From Arsenophonus sp. NEOnobi-MAG3 (GTDB lineage Bacteria > Pseudomonadota > Gammaproteobacteria > Enterobacterales > Enterobacteriaceae), in assembly GCA_052171895.1 (NCBI GenBank), contig JBQMRN010000007.1, forward strand, positions 2,111 through 66,110: DNA of 64,000 nt, in the 5' to 3' direction. Shown in pieces: positions 36,150 through 48,106 of the stretch. Numbering within the stretch: the stretch's first letter is position 1; every line of letters begins with the position of its first letter. The position numbers and the translations under genes were made by a program. Below the pieces are notes generated by a model. It saw only the letters and a program-made list of their open reading frames with translations. It had not been told where the DNA came from and did no database searches.

Positions 36150-36560
36150 TCCAATTTATAGCATGGCTAATTTAGGTTGTAATTCGTTAAATGATGAAGG
36201 AATAAGTTTCAATGTAGTACTGGTGGCTTCCATCTAATAACTGGATATAGTAAGGCACGCGATAGCAAAAATTACTGTAATAAGTTCTCTTCCCTGGTTG
36301 GTTGTCTTTTAACCCGGATAAAGTTTCTATAATTAACTTAAATTTTCCAGGTAAATTCAAAATCAATGTTTGCTTATGGGATCATACCAACTTAGCGTTA
36401 TAGGATTACCAATGCCACAAAATATAAATTAATTTGTCGCATTTGTTTAGAACATGCGCAACTCATCCAATGATATCCCTTTCAATTCGATATTGAAAGG
36501 AAAATGTTTAATTCTGAATCTATTCAACTTATGCTATTGTGATATAAAAGTAAATAATAT
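36150..36560 (-). pseudogene. mog: molybdopterin adenylyltransferase remnant
   Basis: Minus strand KQMRQINLYFV, VG-I-KQTLILNLPGK-K-I-ETL-G-KD and PYYIQLLDG match Mog. Follows talB as in talB-mog. Confidence 0.75.
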
Positions 36561-36655
36561 TATTTACTAGCATGAGGCATAAAATCAGAGTAGCAAGTAT
36601 AAGCTAAAACCTAGTAAATAATCTATTTAGATTTATAGTTTATAACAGAGAAAAA

Positions 36656-37616
36656 TTAATTACAACTGCTCTGCAACCATTTTTCTAATTTTTCTTGATC
36701 AATGGCAAATTTACGAATACCATCAGCCAGTTTTTCCGTCGCCATGGTATAAGCATGATGTTGCCAATAGAATTCTGCTTCTGTCATCAGTTTAGGCGCT
36801 AATTGAATTTGACCATTAAATGTTAATTTAAGCACGACTTCGCCTTGCGCCTCAGAAAGCTCTTTAATTAATACTGTAGAAATCGTTAACCGATCACAGC
36901 CTGCCAGTTGCAAGATTTCCTCTTTGATTGTGAAAACTTACCCCCATTACAACAGTTTTATAGCCATGCTGTTTATAATAATTATAAATTTCTGTAACAG
37001 AAATAACGCCAGGATCTTCTTGTGCTGCATAGTCCTTTATATCAGTCAGTATTCCCTTTATATCAATCAAGAATATGACCGACAAAATGTGAAATCAGAT
37101 AAACGCCGGCTTCAGCACAAGCTCGTGCCTGAGCAAAAGAGAATAATAGCGTTAGATTAGAGTTAATATTCTCTTTTTCTAACTTTTCTGGCGCGCGGAT
37201 CCCTTGCCAAATTGAAGCTAACTTGATTAAAATACGCTCATTTTTAATGCCTGCATGATTATAAAGTTCAATAATATGGCGCGCTTTTTTAATACAGGCT
37301 TCAGTATCATAGGAAGTCGCGCATCAACTTCCGTTAAAATTCTTCCCGGAATTAATTGTAAGATTTCTAACCCAATATTAACAGATAATTTATCACACGC
37401 ATCAATGATTTGTTGCTCACGTGACTGGCTTTGTTCCAGTGCCAAAGTGATTGCTTCATCAATGAGTGGCTGATATTCTGGAATCTTAGCCGTATTAAGG
37501 ATCAAAGAGTGGTTAGTTGTTGCATCTTCAGGTTTATAAAGCTTTATTATGCTAATATCACCCGTATCTGCTACAACCGTTGTCATTTTACCTAAAGAGC
37601 TTAATTTATCGGTTAT
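36656..37616 (-). pseudogene. talB: transaldolase B pseudogene
   Basis: Three ORF fragments (TTVVADTGD...[10 protein letters not shown]; [24 protein letters not shown]; LAGCDRLTI...[13 protein letters not shown]). Start codon mutated to ATA at 37616 after RBS AAGGAG. Confidence 0.93.
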
Positions 37617-37866
37617 TTTAATCTCCTTATTATTGAAATGATCCTGAGGCTAAGGATCCTATTTTGCTCTAAAATATCACGTATTGATATTACAACAAAT
37701 AAATTCACCAACCATTTCTGTTAAAACAAATTTCGTTTGCTTATTTTTCACACCAAACTATCGTTTGAATAGCAATAATTAACGTTAAATGATAAAATAA
37801 CCCAATGATACCCATTCAGTATTTTGATTAAAGTTGTTTATTTTTGAATATTATTAGGTATTAATT

Positions 37867-38585
37867 ATGCTTATCATGATCTCATCACCCAAAATATTTG
37901 ATTATGAAAGTCCGCTTGCTAGCATAGAATATAGTCAGCAAACCCTGTTACACAGACAGAGCACTTGATTGAAGTTTTTGTAAACTTACACCACAGGAAA
38001 TTAGTAGTATAATGTAAATTAGTGATAAATTGGCCGATTTAAATGCAACGCGTTTTTGATAGTGGCATGCTAATTTTACCATAGAAAATATCCAACTTGG
38101 ATCCCCTGGTTTTTAAAAGTGATGTCTATACCAGATTCCAAGCGGAAAGTTTTATGCAAAAAGATTTCATCTTTGCCAAAAAGATCTTCGTATTTTATCA
38201 GCCTTATAGGCTTATAATGGCGTATTACGCCAATTTAGCTTTATACCTTTTGGTAGAATATTTTTACTGAAATCTTAATCAAGGCTCTATATAAAGCAGC
38301 CAAGTAATAATATTCTGATTAATTTAGCATCAGATGAATATTTTAATGCCGTTATTGCAAAAAATTGTATGCTTATATTTCCCTATTTTTTAGATGAAAA
38401 TAGGGAAAATATAAAGTCATCAGTTTCTATGCAAAACAAGCTCATGGGGTAATTAGTTGTTTTATTTATTTACAATCAACTAAAAATGTTAAATAACTGA
38501 TTGAATTATTTAACTTAGTCGCTTCTAAATTTGATAACTCTGCTTCCAAAGATAATTAGCTAGTCTTTAAACGATCATAACTTAG
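37867..38585 (+). pseudogene. yaaA: peroxide-stress/DNA-binding protein YaaA pseudogene
   Basis: MLIMISSPKIFDYESP, NATRF, FKSDVYT-FQAE-F, FLDE--GKYKVISFYAK-A-G and LVFKR. Divergent from talB. Confidence 0.85.
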
Positions 38586-38590
38586 TTAAT

Positions 38591-39671
38591 TATTTGGTCC
38601 CGGATCATTATATAGACCCTCGTCAACACACTTCTATTCATGGCAATAGACCTACTGATGGATATTGTTGAGGGGAAAATATCATGATGATTAGGCTCCA
38701 TCGTCAGCCAACTATAATACTTAAAATTAGAGCTGCTCTTCAGTCAAGCAAAGAGCCTGCGTCTACTTTGCCTAAGAGTTTATTGGATGTCCGAACTTAG
38801 CGTTTCTGAAGGGTAAAACGAGATGATATTGATGATCATAGTCATATTCTTCATCGTTTGCCGACGATGCTATTACTCGTTTAGGAAAGCTGTAGTAGTT
38901 TTTTTCGAAAAATATTTTTCTTCCTCTCGAGGAAGAGGCTCTGCTGGTACAAATCGTACGCGAATTCCCTAACCAAATTTGTATCTTGATCTTGCCTTGA
39001 TCACTGTTTACGCAGGCAAGTATGGGCAGGATTTGCGTGAAATGAGGTAGAAAACAGCGAAGCCAAAGCATAAAGTATTTAAAAGCTACGAGTCTGGTAT
39101 TATTTGTACGTAGATGTGAAATATTTTCCGAAAATCCAAAACGAAACTTTATAACGTTATCTTTTTGTAGGGTAGCTATAGACCACGCAACTCGATTGCT
39201 TTTTATTCTTTTTTAGAAGGATAAGACTGTGCTAAATATTTGATGCTTCTTACGTAATCTTAACCGAGCATCTCCCATGGGTATCCATCAGGTACTTACA
39301 GATAATGGCAAAGAATTTATAGATCGCCTTTTTGGTCTGTGAAAACGTTCAGCCACCGGAAAAACATAAATTCGCCAGTTTCTGTAGAGAGCTTGCTATA
39401 GAATAATGACTTTTTAGCCAGCCGATCTATTCTCAAACAAATTGTATGGTTCGAGCGATTTAATGAGCGTATAGAAGATGGGATGCAAAGGCATCATTTT
39501 AATTCTGCTAAAGAGATTGAGATCACTCTGCATCGATATGTTTAGCTGTATAATCATGAATTAGCAAAATTAGTAATTATGTAATAAAACTCGATTGCAG
39601 TCTATGAAAGATTGCTTCAAAGTTAAACTTGAATTATTCAAAAAAACCATACTATCTTCTTGGATGTAATA
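38591..39671 (+). mobile_element. IS481-family element, full length, degenerate
   Basis: ~1.08 kb with decayed TGT...ACA-type ends. Transposase remnants MMIRLH, KAFKSYE-G-L-VDVKY, AID--TR, LTDNGKEF and QTNGMV-RFN. Flanks differ (GTTAAT / ATTAGC). Confidence 0.88.
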
Positions 39672-39701
39672 ATTAGCTTATAGTAAAGGAATTCTTTTGG
39701 C

Positions 39702-40457
39702 ATGAAACTTATGTATGATAATGATAGCTCACAGCAACGAATTCCAAAGCATGTTGCTATTATTATGGATGGTAATGGACGCTGGGCGAAGCAACATGGA
39801 AAGTTAAGAATTAATGGGCATCGAGCAGGGACAGAAGCGGTGCAAAAAGTGGTTAAATTTGCTGTTGAAAATAAAATTCAGTCTTTAACGCTCTATGCGT
39901 TTAGTAGTGAAAATTGGAGTCGACCAGAAACTGAAGTTACTGCTTTGATGGAACTTTTTACTTGGTTTCTAGATGATGAAGTTAAAAACTTAAATATTCA
40001 TAATATTAAATTAACGATTATTGGCAATATAAGCCAATTTAAGTCTAAATTACAAAATCGAATTAAACACGCGGTTGACTTAACCGCAAATAATACTGGA
40101 TTGCAACTTAATATTGCCGCTAATTATGGTGGTCGTTGGGATATTACCCATGCAATGGGACTTATTGCTGAAAAAATTAAGGAGGGGTCATTATTACCAG
40201 AAAATATTAACGAAGATACGATAAATGAATTTATTAGTCTACATGATCAACCAACCGTTGATTTAGTTATTAGAACTGGGAGAGAATATCGAATTAGTAA
40301 TTTTCTTTTATGGCAGATTGCTTATGCTGAATTTTATTTTACCGATGTTCTCTGGCCGGATTTTGATGAGGAAGCTTTCAAAAGTGCAATTGTGGCTTTT
40401 AATCAACGTGAACGACGTTTTGGTAACAGTGAGCCTGATGATATCAATGAAGAATAG
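39702..40457 (+). CDS. uppS: undecaprenyl diphosphate synthase
   Basis: PKHVAIIMDGNGRWA, LYAFSSENWSRP, AANYGGRWDI, RISNFLLWQIAYAE and RERRFG. Confidence 0.97.
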   Translation: MKLMYDNDSSQQRIPKHVAIIMDGNGRWAKQHGKLRINGHRAGTEAVQKVVKFAVENKIQSLTLYAFSSENWSRPETEVTALMELFTWFLDDEVKNLNIHNIKLTIIGNISQFKSKLQNRIKHAVDLTANNTGLQLNIAANYGGRWDITHAMGLIAEKIKEGSLLPENINEDTINEFISLHDQPTVDLVIRTGREYRISNFLLWQIAYAEFYFTDVLWPDFDEEAFKSAIVAFNQRERRFGNSEPDDINEE

Positions 40458-40467
40458 GGGGACTCTT

Positions 40468-41322
40468 TTGCTAAACTTAAATGCTCGTATCATTACAGCT
40501 GTCATACTAATTCCATTAGTTATTGCTGCAATTTTTTTCTTACCTCTTAATTTGTTTGGTTATCTTATAATTATTATTTGCTCGTTAGCTGCTTGGGAAT
40601 GGAGCGAATTTATTGGGTGGACGGTACAGATAAAACGAATTATAAGTGCTGTTTTATTTGGTATTTGTTTATTGGGTTTGCAATTGTCATTTCAAGATCT
40701 TAGTCTTTTAATAAAAGAGCCTTTGATTACTTATATTTTATCGGCTGGATTAGTTTGGTGGTTAATTGCGATAATATTTGTTGTCACTTTTCCTACTTCT
40801 TCTCGATTCTGGTCTCAGTCAGTAATATTAAAAATTTTGTTTGGTATTTTAACTATTTTACCTTTTTACTGTGGCATGTTGGTTTTAAAAAGTATCGATT
40901 ATTATATTGACGATTTTATCGGTGCTTGGTGGGTGCTTTATGTCATGCTATTAGTTTGGAGTGTAGATAGTGGCGCTTATTTTTTTGGTCATTTATTTGG
41001 TAAACACAAACTAGCAGCGAAGGTTTCTCCTGCTAAAACCCTGGAGGGTATGCTAGGTGGTATGCTGACAGCAGGTATTATAGCCTGGATATTTAGTTTA
41101 TTTGTTCCTGTTTTATTAACATCTAAGAATTTATTATTTTCTTCTATTATTGTTGTAATTATCTCTGTTTTTGGTGATTTAACGGAAAGTATGTTTAAAC
41201 GTCAAGCTGGCATAAAAAATAGTAGTTATTTAATTCCAGGGCATGGTGGCGTATTAGATAGAATCGATAGCTTGACAGCGGCTATACCTGTTTTTGTAGG
41301 ATTGACATGGTTATTTTTTTAG
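40468..41322 (+). CDS. cdsA: phosphatidate cytidylyltransferase
   Basis: LAAWEW, DSGAYFFG, KVSPAKTLEG, GDLTESMFKRQAGIK-S and IPGHGGVLDRIDS. Start reassigned to the in-frame TTG at 40468 (RBS GGGGGA); the ORF-track start at 40318 overlaps uppS. Confidence 0.93.
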   Translation: MLNLNARIITAVILIPLVIAAIFFLPLNLFGYLIIIICSLAAWEWSEFIGWTVQIKRIISAVLFGICLLGLQLSFQDLSLLIKEPLITYILSAGLVWWLIAIIFVVTFPTSSRFWSQSVILKILFGILTILPFYCGMLVLKSIDYYIDDFIGAWWVLYVMLLVWSVDSGAYFFGHLFGKHKLAAKVSPAKTLEGMLGGMLTAGIIAWIFSLFVPVLLTSKNLLFSSIIVVIISVFGDLTESMFKRQAGIKNSSYLIPGHGGVLDRIDSLTAAIPVFVGLTWLFF

Positions 41323-41337
41323 TTTTTAATGTGTATT

Positions 41338-42690
41338 ATGGGAATACTTTGGAGTTTAGCTACATTTTTTATTGCATTAAATATGCTAATTATTGCACAT
41401 GAATTTGGCCATTTTTGGGTGGCTAGGCGCTGTGGTATTTATGTTGAGCGTTTCTCCATTGGTTTTGGAAAAGCCTTATGGGGTAAAGTTGATCGCCATG
41501 GTACAGAATTTGTTATTTCCCTGATCCCCTTGGGTGGTTATGTTAAAATGTTAGATGAGCGAGTTGCTCCTGTAGCGCTAGAGCGTCGCCACTTTGCTTT
41601 TAATAATAAAACAGTAGGTCAGTGTGCTGCAGTAGTTAGTGCTGGGCCAATAGCTAATTTTTTATTGGCAATATTTTTTTATTGGTTAGTTTTTATTATT
41701 GGTATACCTTCCGTACGTCCAGTCATTGAAGATATTCAGTCAAACTCGATTGCTGAGCAAGCAAATATTTCACCAGGTATGCAACTAAAATCAATAGATG
41801 ATATCGAAACCCCTGATTGGAATGCAGTTCGTCTCGCTTTAATTAGTAAAATTGGAAATCAAGAATTAAGAGTGAAGGTTTTACTTATTGAAAATTCAAC
41901 ACCAATAAAAAAACTAATTAATTTAAGAGAATGGCATTTTGATCCGGACGTTCAAGATCCGGTTTTATCTTTGGGGATTATGCCAGTTAGTGACAGGCAA
42001 GATCCTGTTGTGCGTAATATTCAACCTGGCTCAGCGGCAGCATTATCAGGTTTACAAATAGGAGATAGAATTGTAAAAGTAGGTGAGCAGGTAATAGATA
42101 TTTGGCATCCATTCACCTACTTTGTTCAAAAAAGTCCTAATATTCCATTGTTATTGACGATTGAAAGAGAAGGTGAACAGCAGCAATTAACGTTAACACC
42201 GGAAATAAAAACGATAGCTAAAAGGCGGCAAATTGGATTTGCTGGGCTTGAATTATCAGTAATACCACTTGCAGATGAGTATAAAATCACTCAGCAATAT
42301 GGTCTTTTTTATGCGTTGTACCAGGCAACCGATAAAACTTGGCAGTTGATGAAGTTGACAGTTAGCATGATAGCTAAATTAGTTACTGGTGATATTAAAC
42401 TTAATAATCTTAGTGGACCTGTTTCTATTGCAAAAGGAGCCGTCATTTCTGCTGAGTCTGGTTTAGTGTATTATCTGATGTTTATTGCATTGATTAGTAT
42501 TAATTTAGGAATCATTAATCTGTTTCCTTTGCCTGTATTAGATGGTGGACACTTACTTTTCTTGCTAATCGAAAGGATTAAAGGAGAGCCAGTGTCTGAA
42601 CGTGTACAAGATTTCAGCTATCGTATTGGTGCTATTCTATTGATATTATTAATGGGGTTTGCACTTTTCAATGATTTCTCTCGTCTTTAA
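41338..42690 (+). CDS. rseP: intramembrane site-2 protease RseP
   Basis: HEFGH zinc motif, two PDZ domains, [18 protein letters not shown] and FNDFSRL. Confidence 0.97.
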   Translation: MGILWSLATFFIALNMLIIAHEFGHFWVARRCGIYVERFSIGFGKALWGKVDRHGTEFVISLIPLGGYVKMLDERVAPVALERRHFAFNNKTVGQCAAVVSAGPIANFLLAIFFYWLVFIIGIPSVRPVIEDIQSNSIAEQANISPGMQLKSIDDIETPDWNAVRLALISKIGNQELRVKVLLIENSTPIKKLINLREWHFDPDVQDPVLSLGIMPVSDRQDPVVRNIQPGSAAALSGLQIGDRIVKVGEQVIDIWHPFTYFVQKSPNIPLLLTIEREGEQQQLTLTPEIKTIAKRRQIGFAGLELSVIPLADEYKITQQYGLFYALYQATDKTWQLMKLTVSMIAKLVTGDIKLNNLSGPVSIAKGAVISAESGLVYYLMFIALISINLGIINLFPLPVLDGGHLLFLLIERIKGEPVSERVQDFSYRIGAILLILLMGFALFNDFSRL

Positions 42691-42724
42691 GAGACAAGAC
42701 TAGTTAGGAATACTCATAACAATA

Positions 42725-45133
42725 ATGGCGATAAAAAAGTTGCTCATAGCAACGCTGCTATTTTGCAGCGCCCTTGCATATGGTTCAGATAGGTTTGTAG
42801 TACAAAATATTCATTTTGAAGGTCTTCAACGTGTTTCTGTTGGTACAGCATTATTGAATATGCCTATTCGGGTAGGAGATACGATTAATAATGACTATAT
42901 AGGTCGTACTATTCGAGCGCTATTTTCAACGGGTAATTTCGAAGATATTAGAGTTTTTCGTGATGGAAATACGCTAATAGTTCAAGTAAAAGAGCTGCCA
43001 ACAATTGCAAGCATCACATTTTTTGCTAATAAGTCGGTTAAAGACGATTGGTTAAAGCAAACTCTTGATGCTTCTAATATTCGAGTTGGTGAAGTCTTAG
43101 ATCGCACAAAACTGGCGAATATCGAAAAGGGTCTTAAAGATTTTTATTACAGTCTCGGTAAATATAATGCGATAATTAAAGTGCTAGTCACGTCGCTACC
43201 AAGTAATCGTGCTGACTTAAAATTAATTTTTTCTGAAAGCATTTCAGCTAAGATCCAACAGATTAATATCGTCGGTAATAAAGCATTTAGCACAGATGAG
43301 TTGGTAAATCGTTTTCAATTACATGATGATGTACCCTGGTGGAATTTTATTGCTGATCAAAAATACCAAAAACAAAAACTGGCTGGCGATTTAGAAACAT
43401 TGCGCAATTTTTATCTTGACCGGGGTTATGCAAAATTTAATATCGATTTAAGCAATGTTAGTCTGACACCTGATAAGAAAGCTATTTATGTTACTATCAA
43501 TGTGACAGAGGGAGATAGATATACTATATCAAGCGTTGAATTAAATGGTGAAACCGCTGGTCATTATGATGAAATCAAGCAATTAATCACCATCAAACCT
43601 TCTTCGCTTTATAATGGTACTGAAGTCAAAAATATGGAGAATAAAATCAAGGATTTTTTTAGTCGTTATGGTTATGCTTATCCCCGTATTATTACCCAAC
43701 CTGAAATCAATGATGAAGATAAAACAGTTAAGTTACATGTAAATGTAGATACGGGTAGTCGTTTCTATGTTCGCCAAATCCGTTTTGTTGGGAATCATGT
43801 TAGTAAAGATTCTGTTTTACGTCGTGAGATTCGCCAAATGGAAGGTGCTTTGTTAGGCAATGATTTGGTTAACCTGGGTAAAGAACGATTAAACCGGACC
43901 GGTTTTTTTGAAACCGTCGATGTTGAAATGCAACCTGTACCAGGTACACCTGATCAAGTTAATGTTATCTATAAACTTAAAGAACGTAATACCGGTTCGA
44001 TGAATTTTGGTATTGGTTTCGGTACTGAAAGTGGTATCACTTTCCAAGTCGGCGTTCAACAAAAAAACTGGCTTGGTACAGGTAATGCCCTTGGTATTAG
44101 CGCGAGAAAGAATGATTATTCAACTTATGCTGAATTATCATTAACAGATTTTTACTTTACCGTTAATGGTGTTAACTTAGGTTGGCGATTATTCTATAAT
44201 GATTTTAGTGCCAAAGATGCCAATCTTTCACGCTATAATAACAAAACTTATGGCGTTGATAATACCTTGAGTTTTCCTTTTAATGAAAACAATTCGTTTC
44301 GAATTGGGGCAGGTTTTGTTCATAACTCTTTATCTGATATGAAAGCTCAAGTCGGCATGTGGCGTTATTTACAAAGTATGGGTAAAAATCCTAATTTTGA
44401 TGATAAGGCATGCTATAACGCTAATGATTTTAGCCTTAATTTAGGCTGGATTTATAATAATCTGGATCGTAATTTCTTTCCGACCACGGGGAATAAAAGC
44501 TCATTAAATAGTAAAATTACTATTCCAAGTTCCAATAACCAATATTATAAGATTTGGTTTGATACATCGCAATATTATCCTATTGATGAAGATAAAAAAT
44601 GGGTATTATTAGGTCGGACACAGTTAGGTTATGGTAATGGGTTTGCTGGTAAAGAATTACCATTTTATGAAAATTTTTATGCTGGTGCTGCTGGTATGGT
44701 ACGTGGTTTCCGTTCTAATAATATCGGCCCTAAAGCAATTTATCTTGAAGAAAAAAAAGGTGTAGTAATAGTAAGTTCAAAATCAGGTACTCCATTAACT
44801 GATGCTGTTGGTGGCAATGCAATGGCAACAGGGTCATTAGAGCTAATTATGCCAACCCCCTTTATTGATGAAAGGTATCCTAATTCGATCAGAACTTCTT
44901 TTTTTATTGATGCAGGGACTGTATGGGATTCAAATTGGAGTAACACTCCAGTAAGCTGGAGAACAGGAATGCCTGACTATGGTAAGGCATCCAATATTCG
45001 AGTTTCAACAGGGATTGCATTGCAATGGATGTCACCGCTTGGTCCACTGGTCTTCTCTTATGCAAAGTCAATAAAAGATTATGAAGGTGACAAGTTTGAA
45101 GAGTTTCAGTTTAATATTGGTAGAACGTGGTAA
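42725..45133 (+). CDS. bamA: outer-membrane assembly factor BamA
   Basis: Five POTRA domains, [11 protein letters not shown] motif and C-terminal FQFNIGRTW. Confidence 0.98.
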   Translation: MAIKKLLIATLLFCSALAYGSDRFVVQNIHFEGLQRVSVGTALLNMPIRVGDTINNDYIGRTIRALFSTGNFEDIRVFRDGNTLIVQVKELPTIASITFFANKSVKDDWLKQTLDASNIRVGEVLDRTKLANIEKGLKDFYYSLGKYNAIIKVLVTSLPSNRADLKLIFSESISAKIQQINIVGNKAFSTDELVNRFQLHDDVPWWNFIADQKYQKQKLAGDLETLRNFYLDRGYAKFNIDLSNVSLTPDKKAIYVTINVTEGDRYTISSVELNGETAGHYDEIKQLITIKPSSLYNGTEVKNMENKIKDFFSRYGYAYPRIITQPEINDEDKTVKLHVNVDTGSRFYVRQIRFVGNHVSKDSVLRREIRQMEGALLGNDLVNLGKERLNRTGFFETVDVEMQPVPGTPDQVNVIYKLKERNTGSMNFGIGFGTESGITFQVGVQQKNWLGTGNALGISARKNDYSTYAELSLTDFYFTVNGVNLGWRLFYNDFSAKDANLSRYNNKTYGVDNTLSFPFNENNSFRIGAGFVHNSLSDMKAQVGMWRYLQSMGKNPNFDDKACYNANDFSLNLGWIYNNLDRNFFPTTGNKSSLNSKITIPSSNNQYYKIWFDTSQYYPIDEDKKWVLLGRTQLGYGNGFAGKELPFYENFYAGAAGMVRGFRSNNIGPKAIYLEEKKGVVIVSSKSGTPLTDAVGGNAMATGSLELIMPTPFIDERYPNSIRTSFFIDAGTVWDSNWSNTPVSWRTGMPDYGKASNIRVSTGIALQWMSPLGPLVFSYAKSIKDYEGDKFEEFQFNIGRTW

Positions 45134-45192
45134 AACGTCAATTCAATTCATCGATTCGCTTGTGGTAAAGATCAAGAGATAAGGAGTTTAGT

Positions 45193-45684
45193 ATGAAAAA
45201 ATTGTTGTGTGCAGCCGCTTTAGGTTTGATTTTATTCGTATCTGCCAGTGCTTATGCAGAAAAAGTTGTCGTTATTAACGTCGGGGAAATTTTTCAAAAC
45301 ATAGTAACCAGTAAAGCGGTATCTAAGCAACTTGAAAAAGAGTTTAAAGGACGCGTTGATGAGTTAGAAAATATGGAAAGAGATTTACAGGCTCAGGGGG
45401 AAAATTTGCAAAAAAGTGCCGCTAAACCTAATGAGAAAGATCTGCAAGCATTTGAAGCTAAGCGGACAGACTTTCTTAAGAAAGCACAGCAATTTGAACA
45501 AGATAACCAACGTCGTCAGCAAGAAGAGCGCAATAAAATATTGCAAATAATAAAGATAGCGACTAAAGCGCTTGCAGAAAAGGAGCGTTACGACGTGGTG
45601 GTTGACATAAATGCGGTTCTCTATCCAGAAAACAGTTCAAACTTGAAAAATATTACCGATCTAGTTATTAAGAAGGTTAAATAA
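45193..45684 (+). CDS. skp: periplasmic chaperone Skp
   Basis: MKKLLCAAALG signal peptide, LEKEFKGR and FEQDNQRRQQEERNKI. Lies between bamA and lpxD. Confidence 0.92.
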   Translation: MKKLLCAAALGLILFVSASAYAEKVVVINVGEIFQNIVTSKAVSKQLEKEFKGRVDELENMERDLQAQGENLQKSAAKPNEKDLQAFEAKRTDFLKKAQQFEQDNQRRQQEERNKILQIIKIATKALAEKERYDVVVDINAVLYPENSSNLKNITDLVIKKVK

Positions 45685-45687
45685 TAG

Positions 45688-46725
45688 ATGGTTTCTATTC
45701 GATTAGCTGATTTAGCTAAAAAATTAGACGCGCAGCTACACGGAGATGGTGATATTATTATCACCAGTATTGCGCCTATGCATTTAGCGAAGGAAGGGCA
45801 AATTACTTTTCTATCATCGGTTAGCCGTTGTTATCTAACACAATTAGCAGAATGTAAAGCTGCTGCTGTGGTATTAAAGCAAAAGGATCTACCAGATAGT
45901 AAAATAGCAGCATTAGTGGTTAAAGATCCTTATTTAGCTTATGCTCAATTAGCTCAAATTTTGGATACCACGCCTAAACCTGCACAAAATATCCACCCTT
46001 CTGCGGTTGTTGCGGAAGATGTTCAGCTCGGTGAAAACGTTTCCATTGGCGTTAATGCTGTTATCGAGTCAGGTGTAATATTAGGTAATCAAGTTATTAT
46101 TGGTGCAGGTTGCTTTATTGGTAAAAATGTCAAGATCGGGCAGTCTACGCGTTTATGGGCAAATATTTCTATCTATCATAATGTTGAAATAGGTGAACAG
46201 TGTCTTATCCAATCAGGAACAGTTATTGGTTCAGATGGTTTTGGCTATGCAAATAAAAAAGGGCAATGGATAAAAATACCTCAATTAGGTTCAGTTATTA
46301 TTGGTAATAATGTTGAAATTGGTGCTTGTACTAGCATTGATCGCGGCGCACTGGATAATACAATTATTGGTAATGGGGTCATCATTGATAACCAATGTCA
46401 AATTGCTCACAATGTGATTATAGGTGATCATACAGCTATTGCCGGTGGGGTAATTATGGCCGGTAGTTTGAAAATAGGCCAATATTGTATGATTGGTGGT
46501 GCTAGCGTTATTAATGGACATATGGAAATTTGTGATAAAGTTACTATAACCGGAATGGGAATGGTTATGCGTCCAATTAGTGAGCCGGGAATATACTCTT
46601 CTGGCATTCCATTACAGCCAAATAAGGTTTGGCGAAAAACAGCTGCTTTAGTTTTGAATATTAATGAAATGGTTAAGCGAATGAAGGTACTAGAACGTAA
46701 GGTATTTATTAGTAAAGATAACTAA
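45688..46725 (+). CDS. lpxD: UDP-3-O-acylglucosamine N-acyltransferase
   Basis: Hexapeptide repeats, IGSDGFGYA and [11 protein letters not shown]. Confidence 0.97.
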   Translation: MVSIRLADLAKKLDAQLHGDGDIIITSIAPMHLAKEGQITFLSSVSRCYLTQLAECKAAAVVLKQKDLPDSKIAALVVKDPYLAYAQLAQILDTTPKPAQNIHPSAVVAEDVQLGENVSIGVNAVIESGVILGNQVIIGAGCFIGKNVKIGQSTRLWANISIYHNVEIGEQCLIQSGTVIGSDGFGYANKKGQWIKIPQLGSVIIGNNVEIGACTSIDRGALDNTIIGNGVIIDNQCQIAHNVIIGDHTAIAGGVIMAGSLKIGQYCMIGGASVINGHMEICDKVTITGMGMVMRPISEPGIYSSGIPLQPNKVWRKTAALVLNINEMVKRMKVLERKVFISKDN

Positions 46726-46750
46726 ATACTGCATATAGATTTGTTAATTG

Positions 46751-46793
46751 CGGCCTGCAGAATACCTTATTTAGGTAGGGTTAAAGCAGGCCG
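46751..46793 (+). promoter_or_regulatory. GC-rich stem-loop in the lpxD-fabZ spacer
   Basis: CGGCCTGC...TACCT-tattt-AGGTA...GCAGGCCG. I recall a similar CGGCCTG...CAGGCCG hairpin at this position in E. coli. Confidence 0.6.
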
Positions 46794-46841
46794 AATTATT
46801 CATATTTAATTTTTTAAATTTAAACAAGAAGAGTCTTTTCT

Positions 46842-47294
46842 ATGAGTGATAAATATACTCTGGATATAGAAGAAATTTTAGGGTTATTACCACATCGCTA
46901 TCCTTTTTTATTAGTTGATCGTGTATTGGATTTTGAAGAAGGAAAATTTTTACGTGCAGTAAAAAATGTCTCTTTTAATGAACCTTTTTTTCAAGGTCAT
47001 TTTCCTGGTAAGCCAATATTTCCTGGAGTATTAATTCTTGAGGCTATGGCTCAAGCAGCTGGTATTTTAGCTTTCAAGAGTGTTGGAAAATTAGAGCCTG
47101 GTGAACTATATTATTTTGCTGGTATTGACGAGGCAAGATTTAAACATCCTGTTCAACCTGGCGATCAGATGATCTTTGAGGTAATGTTTGTTAAAACAAA
47201 GCGTGGTTTAACGCTTTTTAAAGGTGTTACAAAAGTGGATGGAAAAGTTGTTTGTGAAGCGACAATGATGTGTGCTCGTAGCCAAGAAGCATAA
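46842..47294 (+). CDS. fabZ: 3-hydroxyacyl-ACP dehydratase
   Basis: [14 protein letters not shown] and [23 protein letters not shown]. Confidence 0.98.
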   Translation: MSDKYTLDIEEILGLLPHRYPFLLVDRVLDFEEGKFLRAVKNVSFNEPFFQGHFPGKPIFPGVLILEAMAQAAGILAFKSVGKLEPGELYYFAGIDEARFKHPVQPGDQMIFEVMFVKTKRGLTLFKGVTKVDGKVVCEATMMCARSQEA

Positions 47295-47307
47295 AATGAG
47301 AGCTGAT

Positions 47308-48105
47308 ATGATTAATAAAACAGCGATTATTCATCCTTCTTCTATTATCGAAGAGGGCGCGATTATCGGTGTAAATGTCCGTATAGGCCCGTTTTGTTAT
47401 ATTGGTTCTCAGGTTGACATTGGTGCAGATACAACACTTAAATCTCATGTGGTTGTCAATGGTAATAGCAAAATTGGTTGTAATAACCAGATATTTCAGT
47501 TTGTCACTATAGGTGAAATTAATCAGGATCTAAAATATCAAGGAGAGCTAACTCAAGTTGAGATTGGTGATCGTAATCGTATTAGGGAGAGTTGTACTAT
47601 TCACCGTGGTACCCTACAAGGCGGAGGTTTAACAAAAATAGGTAATGATAATCTATTGATGGTAAATACCCATATTGCCCATGATTGTTTGCTAGGGAAT
47701 TATTGTATTATTGCTAATAACGGTACGCTTGGAGGACATGTTAAACTGGATGATTATGCCATTATTGGTGGCATGAGTGCGGTGCATCAATTTTGTCAAA
47801 TTGGTGCTTATGTTATGGTTGGTGGTTGTTCTGGTGTTGCCCAAGATATTCCACCTTATATCATTGCGCAAGGTAATCATGCAACTCCTTATGGAGTGAA
47901 TATTGAAGGTTTAAAACGTCGAGGCTTTGATAAAGAATCACTACATGCGATTAGGAATGCATATAAGATCCTTTACCGTTGTGGTAAAACGCTAGACCAG
48001 GCTAGAGAAGAATTGCTCATTCTAGGTGAAAATAATCGACAGGTAAAAATACTGAGTAATTTTTTAGAGAATTCAGCGCAATCTAACCGGGGGATTATTC
48101 GTTAA
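47308..48105 (+). CDS. lpxA: UDP-GlcNAc acyltransferase
   Basis: [33 protein letters not shown] and HIAHDC. Start set at the ATG at 47308. Confidence 0.97.
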   Translation: MINKTAIIHPSSIIEEGAIIGVNVRIGPFCYIGSQVDIGADTTLKSHVVVNGNSKIGCNNQIFQFVTIGEINQDLKYQGELTQVEIGDRNRIRESCTIHRGTLQGGGLTKIGNDNLLMVNTHIAHDCLLGNYCIIANNGTLGGHVKLDDYAIIGGMSAVHQFCQIGAYVMVGGCSGVAQDIPPYIIAQGNHATPYGVNIEGLKRRGFDKESLHAIRNAYKILYRCGKTLDQAREELLILGENNRQVKILSNFLENSAQSNRGIIR

Positions 48106-48106
48106 C

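Noticed and set aside
40318-40467. Apparent 50-aa N-terminal extension of CdsA overlapping uppS
   Set aside because: An in-frame TTG at 40468 with an RBS gives a normal-length protein. Similar over-long ORF starts for der, ompF, rseP and lpxA were also trimmed.
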